A stretch of DNA of 64,000 bases, from NCBI GenBank assembly GCA_943788985.1, contig CALSSJ010000012.1:64001-128000 (forward strand). Reading direction: 5' to 3'. Positions 10,201 to 19,619 of the stretch are shown piece after piece. The DNA comes from an uncultured Lentisphaerales bacterium. GTDB taxonomy: Bacteria; Verrucomicrobiota; Lentisphaeria; JABSQK01; UBA12247. Position numbers and translations under genes: made by a program. A model generated the notes under the pieces. It had not been told where the DNA came from and did not search any database. It saw nothing but the letters and a program-made list of their open reading frames with translations. The stretch's first letter is position 1. Every line of letters starts with the position of its first letter.

Positions 10201-12550
10201 AAAGCGAATTTTGTCTTGCCCGTCACGGGAGATCTTCACCGTCTTGCCAGCGCTGTTGCTGACGCTAGCAGCCCCGAGCCCGGCACAGGCCACGCGGCAT
10301 TCGCCGCCATTCCTAGAGACAACGGAAACAGCGGTGGCTTGGCCATCGGCCCACTTGGCGGAGACCACAAAGTTCCCGCGGGCCACCAGGCCGTCAAAAT
10401 GCCCAGTGCTCCATGACTTCGGCAGCGCAGGCAGAATGTTGATGGTGCCTTCATGGCTTTGCAGCAGCATCTCGGCCACACCGGCCATGGTGCCTAGGTT
10501 GCCATCGATCTGGAAGGGGGGGTGCAGAGCCCAAAGGTTGGTTGCTGTGCGGGTGCTAATAAATTGCGCGTAAGCCTCGCGCGCCTTGTCACCCTCGCCA
10601 AGCCGGGCGCGGCAGTTCATGCGGTGAGCTAGGGCCCAACCGGTGGTTTTGTTACCGCGCAGATCCAGTGTTTTGCTCGCTGCTTGCATCCACTCCGGCT
10701 GGTTGGACTTGATCATTGTGCCCGGGTAGAGGGTGCAAAGGTGGGAGATGTGGCGGTGGGTTGGCGCGCCGATGTCACTGTAGTTCGTTTCTTCGCGGTA
10801 TTCCTTGATCTGGCCGCTGGCACCCACCAGAACCGGATCGAGCCTGACGACCTGCTCACGGATGATCTCAAGGAAGGGATCCTCACTATCTAGTTCATCA
10901 GCCATCTTCAGCGTGTCGGCATAGCTTTCCCAGACAAAACCCTGGTCGAAGGTGCAGCCGGCAAAGATATATTTCTTTCCTTCTTTATATCCCGGGAGGG
11001 CCTTCAATTGCTCTGCTGAAGCACGCTGTTCCGGTGAGGCCGACGGCTCAACCAGCAGTAGCTCACCGTGTGGCTTCAGCGCCTTGGAGTAAAATTTACT
11101 CAAGGACAGCATCGCTGGATAGCCGACCTCCTTAAGAAATGCACGATCCTGAGTGAAGTCGTAATAATCCACCAGTAATTTGGCGGTAAAGCCGCCGGTG
11201 CCCGGGCCGGAATGGCCGCCGGCACTGGGAACATAGTAAGCATTGGCTCCGGTTCCGATGATCCAGCCATTATCTTCACCTTTGTTGAGCTGGCCCGGAT
11301 TGTGCTTACGCACATAGTCGGTGGCATGCTGCTGTGCGATCGGGAGATAGGCCTCGAAAAAGCCAATATAGGCTTCGAAACACTCGGCTAGATTGGCGCT
11401 CATTGATCCCCAGTAATTCATCTGCACATTGATGTTGTGCCAGAAGCCTCCCGTCCACGGCGAATAATAATCCTGGCACCAGGCCCCCTGCAGATTGGCG
11501 GGCAGACTGTTTTGGCGTGAGCTCGAAATGAGCAGGTAGCGGCCATACTGGAACATCAGTTCTTCAAGCCAGTTGTCCCTTTTGCCTTTTTGATATTTCT
11601 CGAGAAGGATGTGGGTCGGGTCACTTGTTGGTTTTGAGTTCAGGTTCACCGAGACACGGCCAAAGAGATTTTGATAATCACTGAGGTGCCTCTTTTTGAG
11701 CTCGGCATAGCCCAAGTCATGAGCTGCTTGCATGCGGGCTGAAACAGCATCGTGCGGAAACTCATCTCGGGTTGAGTTTTTTGCACCGGAATTACTGAAG
11801 GTCTTCGCGCTGAGGCGGTAGTTGGTTCCGCTTGTAATCAGCAGCGTGACCGCATCGGCCTTGTTGACTTCGATGGTTCCGTTCTTCGCATCAGTAGTCA
11901 CCGAGCCGCCTTCATTAAGCACCTTGATTTGTCCCTCGTAGTTACAGCTAAACATAGGCATCGAGCCCTTGAGAGTGAGAAGATTTCCCGCTGCCGTGAT
12001 CTTGCCATTGCGCTGCTTCAGCGCAAGATAGGGGATCTCTGGACGCACGGTAAAGGAGAGCGCCCCTTTCTGATCAGCAGTAAGGCGGATGGCGATGACA
12101 TTGTCCGGGTAAGAAGCAAGATACTCTCGTTGATAGCGCACCCCGTCTTTCTCGTAGGAGACGTGGGCGATGGCGTCGTTCAGGTTGAGCGAGCGGCGGT
12201 AGTTCTTCACCTCGTCCTGGTTAAAATCGAGAAAGAGCTCGGCGAAGCTGGTGAGGCCTCCTTTGCCGTATATCCCCTTGTTATGAAGCGTTTTATCCGT
12301 GATCTGAACACGCTCGGTATCCGTCCGCCCGAAGATAGAAACTCCAGTATAGCCATTGCCAATGGGGTAAGACCATCTTTCCCAGTCCCGGTCATAGGAC
12401 TTTGGCCTTTTACTGTCCTTGGTCGCCTCCCAATTGACTTCTGCCGTTGTTAGGGGCGGGTTCGAGTTCCCAGAGTTCGTAGGTTCTGGGCGAAGCCCCG
12501 GCGAAAGACGTCAGTGCCAGGCTAGCGGCCAAAAATAGTTGTAGTTTCAT
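7255..12550 (-). CDS. Multidomain fucosidase: GH95 + GH141-like right-handed beta-helix + PDZ + C-terminal beta-sandwich; one frameshift near 12445
   Basis: GH95 motifs PIGNG, FQYGRYLLI, NINVQMNYW, HRHISHL, PPFQIDGN; then LYVSPNGND and a beta-helix, PDZ-like GLLEGDVVQQVNG; signal peptide MKLQLFLAAS at 12550 is in another frame. Confidence 0.85.
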
Positions 12551-12667
12551 GGGTGTTCCGATAATTTTCAGGGAAATTTTAAGCTGAGTTCGATGCTGCC
12601 GAGCATCGGCTTCGATTGGTTGTCCGTTGCATCCTTGATCCGCAGGTAAAGTACGCTTCATGACTGG

Positions 12668-13399
12668 TCAATCGATAAGGATCGCGCCTGTTACGTGGTT
12701 GTACTCGTTCACAAGCTCGGCGAAGTCTGCCCCAGAGACATGGCCATCAGCAAAGAGAGTGTTCGCCTTGTTGGCATGCCGGAGATGCGTCTTTTGAGCA
12801 GCACCGTTTGACGTCGGCCTAATGAAATAGCACTGCATAGCAGCACTGCGCTCACGACTGTCAGCGGCAATAACCCGTGTGGTGGGAGAGAGAATTGGGG
12901 CCAGGCGCCAGCCAGGAGGATTCGCAGAGCTGCCGGTTGGCTGCCAGCCGGATAGGCTCTGTTCCACATGATTCGCCATGCCGTAGGTATAGTCTCTCGC
13001 TGAATTAGGCGCCGTCGGCAACCATGTATTCGTCCTCGGGCCCATGGGGCAAAGCATAACCGTAGTGTCCCCTATTTCAGGAGTGGGCAGATACCCGTTT
13101 GCGTATGTATTTTCTGGCCAATGAGGCTTTTTGTGCCTCGAGCCCGGTTGGTTCATGCGGGGCAGAAAATCATCTGCATCAGCGGCATAGGTCATCCAAG
13201 CTGCACCGACCTGTTTCAAGTTATTTAAGCATGTACTGCTTCTTGCGGCCGTTCTCGCCTTTGCGAGGGAGGGCAGGAGCAGCGATGCCAGTATCGCAAG
13301 AATAGTAACGACCACCAGTAACTCTATCAGCGTGAAGCTGCTGCTGTTTCTCTTCGGGAAATCGCACGTATGCCGGTTACCCTGCTGCCTGTGTTTCAT
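12668..13399 (-). CDS. Prepilin-type N-terminal methylation protein with C-terminal H-X9-DG motif (DUF1559-like)
   Basis: [46 protein letters not shown]. Confidence 0.93.
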   Translation of the reverse strand: MKHRQQGNRHTCDFPKRNSSSFTLIELLVVVTILAILASLLLPSLAKARTAARSSTCLNNLKQVGAAWMTYAADADDFLPRMNQPGSRHKKPHWPENTYANGYLPTPEIGDTTVMLCPMGPRTNTWLPTAPNSARDYTYGMANHVEQSLSGWQPTGSSANPPGWRLAPILSPTTRVIAADSRERSAAMQCYFIRPTSNGAAQKTHLRHANKANTLFADGHVSGADFAELVNEYNHVTGAILID

Positions 13400-13603
13400 T
13401 TTCTTGCCCTTGCATTCATGCAGCCTTCCGAAAACGGGCCCGTATTTAGCAACGTCCTCTGCACTGAATAGCCCGCAGGACTCGTTTGCTGCTTCGGCGG
13501 CCATGATGCCCGCTATCAGTGTACCGTCCTCGCGTCCCATCGCTCTCGTTGTCTGTCCAGTGTGCAACCCTTGCCACCAAGAAGATAATCCGACAAAATT
13601 TGA

Positions 13604-13641
13604 AAGATAGCCATTATTGTCCGGATTTCAATCGTTAACAT
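13604..13641 (-). promoter_or_regulatory. Sigma70-like promoter TTGAAA-N16-TATCTT with overlapping LacI-type operator ATGTTAACGATTGAAAT
   Basis: 13606-13641 is 32/36 identical to 17744-17779; lies upstream of the prepilin-GH95 operon. Confidence 0.75.
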
Positions 13642-13692
13642 TTGGTATTTCTCGACTTTGCATGCGAGGGATTTAGTAGAAACGGACTGCTA

Positions 13693-13836
13693 GCGTTACT
13701 ATTTCCCTTGTTAGGCTATTTCAGCGATGTCCTGAACGGAATTGACTGCCCCGTGTTCGAACACGGGTATGCGATGATCATTCGCACCACTCAGAACCTG
13801 TATACCGCCATCGAGGACAAAATCGAGGCACAATGA
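13693..13836 (+). pseudogene. Internal fragment of a decayed copy of the LacI gene at 17906
   Basis: PLLGYFSDVLNGIDCPVFEHGYAMIIRTTQNLYTAIEDKIEAQ aligns to PLIGYFSHVLSGIHSTLFEHGYAVIIGTPPKLNTASDDQTEAQ. Confidence 0.85.
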
Positions 13837-14407
13837 TGCCGCTCGGGTTCTAGCCGGAATCTCCGGGCAAGTCGGGCTTTCCAGCGCTGCCTGCACGAGC
13901 GCTGGCTTTCGCCGCCGCCTAGGACGATTGCCCGGTAGTCCACGGCGTCCTGCCTCCCATGCGGCCCGTGTCCGCAAATCCCATAGATCTTGACCTAGCG
14001 GAAATCCCCGCGGCACCAATCTTCCTGGTCTTCGTCTTCGAAGCGGACAGTATTCGCTGCGTGACTCCTTCGAGGGGACCGGCCAGGTGGACGATAGGGA
14101 CGACGATTCTCACCATCCCCTACCTCTCTCATCGAACTCTCTCCTCAACCCAATCCGATACAACATGGGTAGGAGGACGAGGACGATCGGTATCGATTTT
14201 ATTTTCCGAGCCGTGCGGATGATCCTCGCTCAGGCCAGCGGGCACCGGCGTCCAAAACAGGAAAAACCCGTAGGGCGCGGGCCTTTTGGCGTTTGAGTGG
14301 CCGGCCCGAAACAACGATGCGTGGACATATTCATTTAACAGAAATCGCCGGAGAAATGCGCAAATTAGAACGGTTTTGCAGCCGGTGACGCTAAGTCCGC
14401 AAGACTG

Positions 14408-15907
14408 CTAGCGCGTGGATTTTTCTTTTTGAATTTCAGCGAGACGCGTCTCCATCTGCCGGGCGCGTTCTGGATACTGATCAAGCACATTGATCCGCTC
14501 ACCGAGATCGCCGGAAAGATCGAACAACAGTGCACCTGCATCGAGTGAGTTGCCTTGCCACAGTTTCTTGTACCACTCAGGCGCCTTGGTGATTCCCCCC
14601 GGCCGCAGATAGGCCCAATTCTCCTGTCGAAGTCCCAGCGTGCCATTGGCAGCATGGTAGACCAGCTCGTTGCGGACCGACTCACCCGCACGCAGTGCAG
14701 GCAGTATATCCAGACTGTCTTCGGCAACACCTTCTTCCAGCGGCGCTCCAACCACTCCGGCAATTGTGGCGAACAGATCGGCCAGCGAAATCAGCGCCTC
14801 GATCTTACGACCACCACTGACTCCGCCCTCCGGCCAGGAGGCGATAAAGGGCACCCGGTGCCCGCCTTCGAGCAGATCACGCTTCAAGCCGCGCAGCGGT
14901 CCGGAAGGATGGTGCTGATGCGATTGAATCAGCTCGCGCATGAACGGAGCAGGGCCATTATCACTGGAGACGATCAGCAGGGTGCTTTCATATACGCCGG
15001 CGGCCTTCAGGCCCGCCACAACTTGCCCGACTGCGTTATCCGTCTGGGCAACATAATCTCCATAGGGGCCGGCTTCGCTGACACCTTGAAACTCCGCTAG
15101 CGGCACAATGGGCGTATGTGGCGATGTGGTGCCGAACAGCAGGAAGAATGGAGCGGGTGTTTTGCTCTGTGCCTGAATAGTTTCGACCGCTTTGGCCGTA
15201 ATGGCCGGCATGACCTGGGCCAGTTGCCAATTCTTTTCGCCGGGGCCGACGCCGTGAATATACCCGCCCCCCCTCATTTGCTGCTTCATCAAAGCCCGGC
15301 CGTTCACATCGACTGGATCGCAGGTCAAGCGGTCATTTTCGATGAACGCATAAGGTGGCATGTTCGGTACATCATCGCCGAAATAATAATCAAATCCAGC
15401 GCCCAGCGGCCCACCCTGAATGGGTTTGGACCAGTCAAACAAATCACAGGTCGCCGTGCTGGTTCCTTTGCCGATAACCGACGCAGGCGGTTTTGCGCCG
15501 CCTTTCCATGGCCAGTCAAAGCCGAGATGCCACTTGCCGACACACGCCGTGAAATAGCCCCTACTCTGCAGGATTTTCGGCAGCGTGACGCGATCGTTTT
15601 CAATGGCGGATTCTTTCCACGGGTTCAAACGTCCGATTTTTGTGCGCCAAGAATAACGCCCCGTCAACATGGCATAGCGACTGGGGCTGCAGACGGTACT
15701 GGGCGAATGCGCATCCGTGGCCCAGACCCCAGCCTTGGCCAGGGCATCCATGTGCGGGGTTTTGACTTTCGACTCTGCATTAAGGAACGAGACATCCCCA
15801 TAACCGAGATCATCCGTCAACACGATCACAATGTTTGGTTTCTCAGCTGCCTGCAGCGAGAGAACGGTCGAAATCATGCAGAGGACGGTTACGAAATACG
15901 TACGCAT
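14408..15907 (-). CDS. S1 sulfatase (arylsulfatase A-like)
   Basis: KPNIVIVLTDDLG, CSPSR, GKWHL, SSDNG, EGGHRVPF; signal peptide. Confidence 0.95.
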   Translation of the reverse strand: MRTYFVTVLCMISTVLSLQAAEKPNIVIVLTDDLGYGDVSFLNAESKVKTPHMDALAKAGVWATDAHSPSTVCSPSRYAMLTGRYSWRTKIGRLNPWKESAIENDRVTLPKILQSRGYFTACVGKWHLGFDWPWKGGAKPPASVIGKGTSTATCDLFDWSKPIQGGPLGAGFDYYFGDDVPNMPPYAFIENDRLTCDPVDVNGRALMKQQMRGGGYIHGVGPGEKNWQLAQVMPAITAKAVETIQAQSKTPAPFFLLFGTTSPHTPIVPLAEFQGVSEAGPYGDYVAQTDNAVGQVVAGLKAAGVYESTLLIVSSDNGPAPFMRELIQSHQHHPSGPLRGLKRDLLEGGHRVPFIASWPEGGVSGGRKIEALISLADLFATIAGVVGAPLEEGVAEDSLDILPALRAGESVRNELVYHAANGTLGLRQENWAYLRPGGITKAPEWYKKLWQGNSLDAGALLFDLSGDLGERINVLDQYPERARQMETRLAEIQKEKSTR

Positions 15908-15932
15908 ATAGTCTACCTATTGGGCTTCCAAG

Positions 15933-17705
15933 TTATCGATTCAGCGCAGCTTTTCGTGACTTATCCTGCTGCTTGCGCAGAATAATCGCCCGCAAGTTGA
16001 AGAGCACGTTGCCTGCCTGTTTTTGCAAGCTCAAGCCAGTGCGCCCCACTCCGGGCACGGCCATCTCTCCAATGGTCAGCATTTGGTAATCGCTCCAGCC
16101 CGACGTCGCCGGAACCGTAGCGGAAAGTTCTCCTGCACCGCATGTCAGCCCGAACCTTGCTCCGGCATGTGCTGGAGCGAGTGCATAGAGTAGTTCGACA
16201 GTATAGACCGCATCCTGCGATACATTCTCGAACTCCCAGCTGGCCCGGTTGGCGTTGGAGCTCCAGCGCCCCAGATTCTTCTTCTCTTTCCCGGCCAGAG
16301 CCAACGGCCCCCGACCTCCGATCACCGCTTCCTCTGCCGCCAAATAGACGTCGCCTTCCTTCAACTCCAGCTGATCCGATTTACGGAACACCTCAAGCCC
16401 CCCTTCAAACTCCAGTCGAATCAGTGGAGCTGGTCCTGCTGGTTGCTGCGCGGGCAGAATGATTTCGACACTCTTTTCGCCGGAGGTGACTCGGAGCTCC
16501 TGCTCTTTAGCCCCCAGCAAGGATGCGCGAGTTGCCTGCAATTTGACGCCCTCCAGAACCAGCTTTCCAGCCGCAGGCCAATTGAACACATGCAGGTAAA
16601 GCGACTGCCCTTTCTGCGTCAGGCGGCCCCAGGACGGCTGGGATATTTCGGAACTATCCGTGCCGTAGATGCCTTCGCCCGCAACCTGCATCCAGCGCCC
16701 GATTTCCTGTAGCTGAGCGGTACTGGCTTCGGGAAAGGTCCCGTCCGGCTTCGGACCGACGTTCAGCAGCAAGTTGCCGCCCTTGGAAACGATGTCGCAC
16801 AGTTTTTCGACCAGCTCCTGCGTCGATTTCCAGTTGGTATCGGCTTTCTTAAAGCCCCAGGAGTGATTGATCGTCCAGCAGGCCTCCCAGTCATAGCCCA
16901 GATCCATCCCGGGGGTGGCCTGCTCAGGCGTACCAAAGTCGCGCTTGAATTGATCGCGCTTTGAAACGCGGTTGTTAATAAGTATCGAGGGTTTGAGCTC
17001 ACGGATAAAGGCATACAGATCTGCGCCGTCCTCCAGGCTCCACCACTTTTTCCAATCCCCGTCAAACCACAGAATATCCGTATCATATTTTTGGATCAAT
17101 TCGCGGATCTGGTCCTTCATGTACTGGACATACTTCGCTTTGCCCCCGCCTCTTAAGAATTCAGCACCCTTCGTTGGATACTCCCAATCGATCAGGGAGT
17201 AGTAGGTGCCGAAGCGAACTCCATACTTTTTGCAAGCTGCGCTCAGCTCCGCCAGCGGGTCGAAATCCAGCCCAGACAGATCCTTGATATCATAATCGGT
17301 ATAGGCACTGTCCCACAGGCAAAACCCGTCATGATGCTTGGTGGTGATCACGAAATACTTCATGCCCGCATCACGGGCGCTGCGTACCCAGCTGTCCGCA
17401 TCAAAGTGGTCCGGGTTGAATTGTTCGCAGACCTTCCGGTGATCGGCCTGCGAAATCTTCCCATTCCAGCGGATCCACTCGGCATAGCCCTTAATGGTCT
17501 TGCCCTGCCATTCGCCGCCGAGAACCGAATAGGCGCCCCAATGAATGAACATCCCGAAACGGGCCTCGTTGAACCACGCCATGCGCTGCGCCAGCTCCGC
17601 ATCATCTTCCCCGAGCGGATTCAAAACATCCTCCGCTGCGTGTACACCCATGCTGATCAGCAGAGCCGACACCAGCGTTACTGCTACTACAGATTTATTG
17701 ATCAT
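15933..17705 (-). CDS. GH29 alpha-L-fucosidase with C-terminal CBM-like beta-sandwich
   Basis: WFNEARFGMFIHWG, TTKHHDGF, LWFDG, GGNLLLNVGP; signal peptide. Confidence 0.95.
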   Translation of the reverse strand: MINKSVVAVTLVSALLISMGVHAAEDVLNPLGEDDAELAQRMAWFNEARFGMFIHWGAYSVLGGEWQGKTIKGYAEWIRWNGKISQADHRKVCEQFNPDHFDADSWVRSARDAGMKYFVITTKHHDGFCLWDSAYTDYDIKDLSGLDFDPLAELSAACKKYGVRFGTYYSLIDWEYPTKGAEFLRGGGKAKYVQYMKDQIRELIQKYDTDILWFDGDWKKWWSLEDGADLYAFIRELKPSILINNRVSKRDQFKRDFGTPEQATPGMDLGYDWEACWTINHSWGFKKADTNWKSTQELVEKLCDIVSKGGNLLLNVGPKPDGTFPEASTAQLQEIGRWMQVAGEGIYGTDSSEISQPSWGRLTQKGQSLYLHVFNWPAAGKLVLEGVKLQATRASLLGAKEQELRVTSGEKSVEIILPAQQPAGPAPLIRLEFEGGLEVFRKSDQLELKEGDVYLAAEEAVIGGRGPLALAGKEKKNLGRWSSNANRASWEFENVSQDAVYTVELLYALAPAHAGARFGLTCGAGELSATVPATSGWSDYQMLTIGEMAVPGVGRTGLSLQKQAGNVLFNLRAIILRKQQDKSRKAALNR

Positions 17706-17741
17706 ATTTCCCTTTTTAGTTTTCGGTCCCGATCATGGCAC

Positions 17742-17779
17742 ATGATAGCCATCATTTCCTGGATTTCAATCGTTAACAT
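17742..17779 (-). promoter_or_regulatory. Sigma70-like promoter TTGAAA-N16-TATCAT with overlapping LacI-type operator
   Basis: Near-duplicate of 13604-13641; sits between the divergent GH29 and LacI genes. Confidence 0.75.
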
Positions 17780-17905
17780 CAGTTAGATATTGGCCACTCA
17801 GGCAAGATTGGCAGAATGGTAATTTTCCCGCCATGTCATTCCTCTGAAGCAGGTGTAATATATCGCTTCTCCCGAAGACCAGGCCTCAACGCCGAGGAAC
17901 GTACC

Positions 17906-18919
17906 ATGAGAAAACAGGGCGCCGCCGTGGGCTTGCGCGACATTGCCGAAATGACCGGGGTCTCCTTGACCACGGTTTCGAAAATTCTGGGTGGGAAGGA
18001 CAAGCTTTTCGCAGACGCGACCGTGGCGCGGATCCGTCAGGCCGCCCAGCAGCTGAACTACCGTCCCAACGCTATCGCCCGCAATCTGCGGTGTGGCCGG
18101 ACCAGAACCGTAGGGGCTATGATCCCCTTGATCGGCTACTTCAGCCATGTCCTGAGCGGGATCCATTCGACCCTTTTTGAGCATGGCTACGCGGTGATTA
18201 TTGGCACGCCCCCGAAGCTAAACACCGCCAGCGATGACCAAACCGAGGCGCAGGTAATTCACCAGTTGATCGAGCGGAACGTCGACGGCATCATCCTGCG
18301 CCCCTCATCCGAACAGTTCGAGCGTGCGTATTTCGATGAGATCTGGCAGCGCAATGTACCGCTGATCGCCATAGACCGGGAGCTGTCGCTGTTCAAAACC
18401 GACTTCGTGGGCACAGACGACGAGGCAATTGGGGCTGCTGCCGCCAGGCACCTGGCCGACCTCGGCCACCGGCGTCTACTGTTCATAGGACGGGATGATG
18501 TCCAAACAGCGGAGTTGCGGGGCCTGGGATTCAGGTGTGCTGCAGGAGAGGTCGAGGGGGCGAGTTGTGCACACTTCGTGGGGGCCGGGCAGTGGCAGGA
18601 GGTCGCCTCCGTCATGCAGCGCGATGACCGCCCCACAGGCATTTTCTGCTATTCGGATGCTGTCGCGGAGAGGCTGATCACACGCCTACAGGAGTGGGGC
18701 GTGAGGGTCCCGGAGGACGTCTCGGTCATTGGCGCGGGCAATACGAAAATGGTCCGCGAACTTACCACGTTCGACCAACAGCCCTACGAGATAGGCAAAG
18801 GCGCTGCGCAGCTCTACCTGAAGCGCATAAATGAAGACACCCGCGCAGCATCCCCCACGATCATTCGTCTACCCGCCATCCTCATCCCTCGTGCTACCAC
18901 TGCCCCGCCCCCTGCTTGA
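17906..18919 (+). CDS. LacI family transcriptional regulator
   Basis: LRDIAEMTGVSLTTVS HTH, YRPNAIARNL hinge, VPEDVSVIG. Confidence 0.95.
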   Translation: MRKQGAAVGLRDIAEMTGVSLTTVSKILGGKDKLFADATVARIRQAAQQLNYRPNAIARNLRCGRTRTVGAMIPLIGYFSHVLSGIHSTLFEHGYAVIIGTPPKLNTASDDQTEAQVIHQLIERNVDGIILRPSSEQFERAYFDEIWQRNVPLIAIDRELSLFKTDFVGTDDEAIGAAAARHLADLGHRRLLFIGRDDVQTAELRGLGFRCAAGEVEGASCAHFVGAGQWQEVASVMQRDDRPTGIFCYSDAVAERLITRLQEWGVRVPEDVSVIGAGNTKMVRELTTFDQQPYEIGKGAAQLYLKRINEDTRAASPTIIRLPAILIPRATTAPPPA

Positions 18920-19030
18920 ACATTCAGCCGGGACAGGTTCGGCGTTCAGCACGGTCCCGGCCATCCAAGTCCACCCTTCGAGTGTTCCGTTTCCGAGTCG
19001 CTCTGTGCTAAGGGCCCGCGCGGAAATAAC

Positions 19031-19253
19031 GTTACATTTTGCTGCTGGCCATTTTGTTTCCTGGCAAGGCGGAAGCGAGCTGGCATACCCTATGGCATGT
19101 CCCGAGCGCAGCGAGGGAGCAAAAGGGCCGCAGCCCTGCGGGGCGTGCCGGCGAACGGCCATCTGCGGCGTTGCGTCTCGCACACGTACCGGCGGGCGCG
19201 CGGCGCTCCACGCGCCTGACATCTAACCATTCGGCGCTCCCGCCAAATGTAAC
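19031..19253. mobile_element. Non-autonomous MITE-like element, ~223 bp
   Basis: Terminal inverted repeats GTTACATTTTGC / GCCAAATGTAAC (11/12); internal palindromes such as GCATACC..GGCATG; no credible ORF. Confidence 0.6.
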
Positions 19254-19260
19254 AGTCCAA

Positions 19261-19600
19261 ACCGCCGCGGTATGAGAAAGCAAGGAAACTTTCCGCGAGT
19301 TCTGGAGCCAACCGACTGTCGATGCTGCCAAGTCCCACCTGACCAACTGGTGTAGGCACGCCCAGGAGAAATCCGTTACTGCGCTGACTGCCATTACCAA
19401 TATGATCACCAAGCACAGCGAAGGGGTGACCAATTTTATTGAGCAACGAAAAACCAATGCGCGCGCTGATAATCTGAAAGGTAAAATCCAGCACCTGAAG
19501 GCCTCTGCTCGCGGATTCTAGTCCTTCGACAACTACCGCACGAATATCCTCTTCCATCATGGGCACCTTGACCTCAGCCCATGAAAAATCCCGTAGTGCC
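19261..19600 (+). pseudogene. ISL3-family transposase C-terminal remnant with degenerate right end
   Basis: KETFREFW...TNARADNLKGKIQHLKASARGF*SFDNYRTNILFHHGHLDLSP with two in-frame stops; end CCCGTAGTGCC resembles the ISL3 ...GAAGAGCC end. Confidence 0.85.
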
Positions 19601-19619
19601 CGGCAAAAAGTAAAAAAAC

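Noticed and set aside
9313..10416. Long antisense and overlapping ORFs (e.g. 9313-10416, 32276-33322, 41822-42775, 49242-50159)
   Set aside because: Shadow frames of well-supported genes in GC-rich DNA; no motifs
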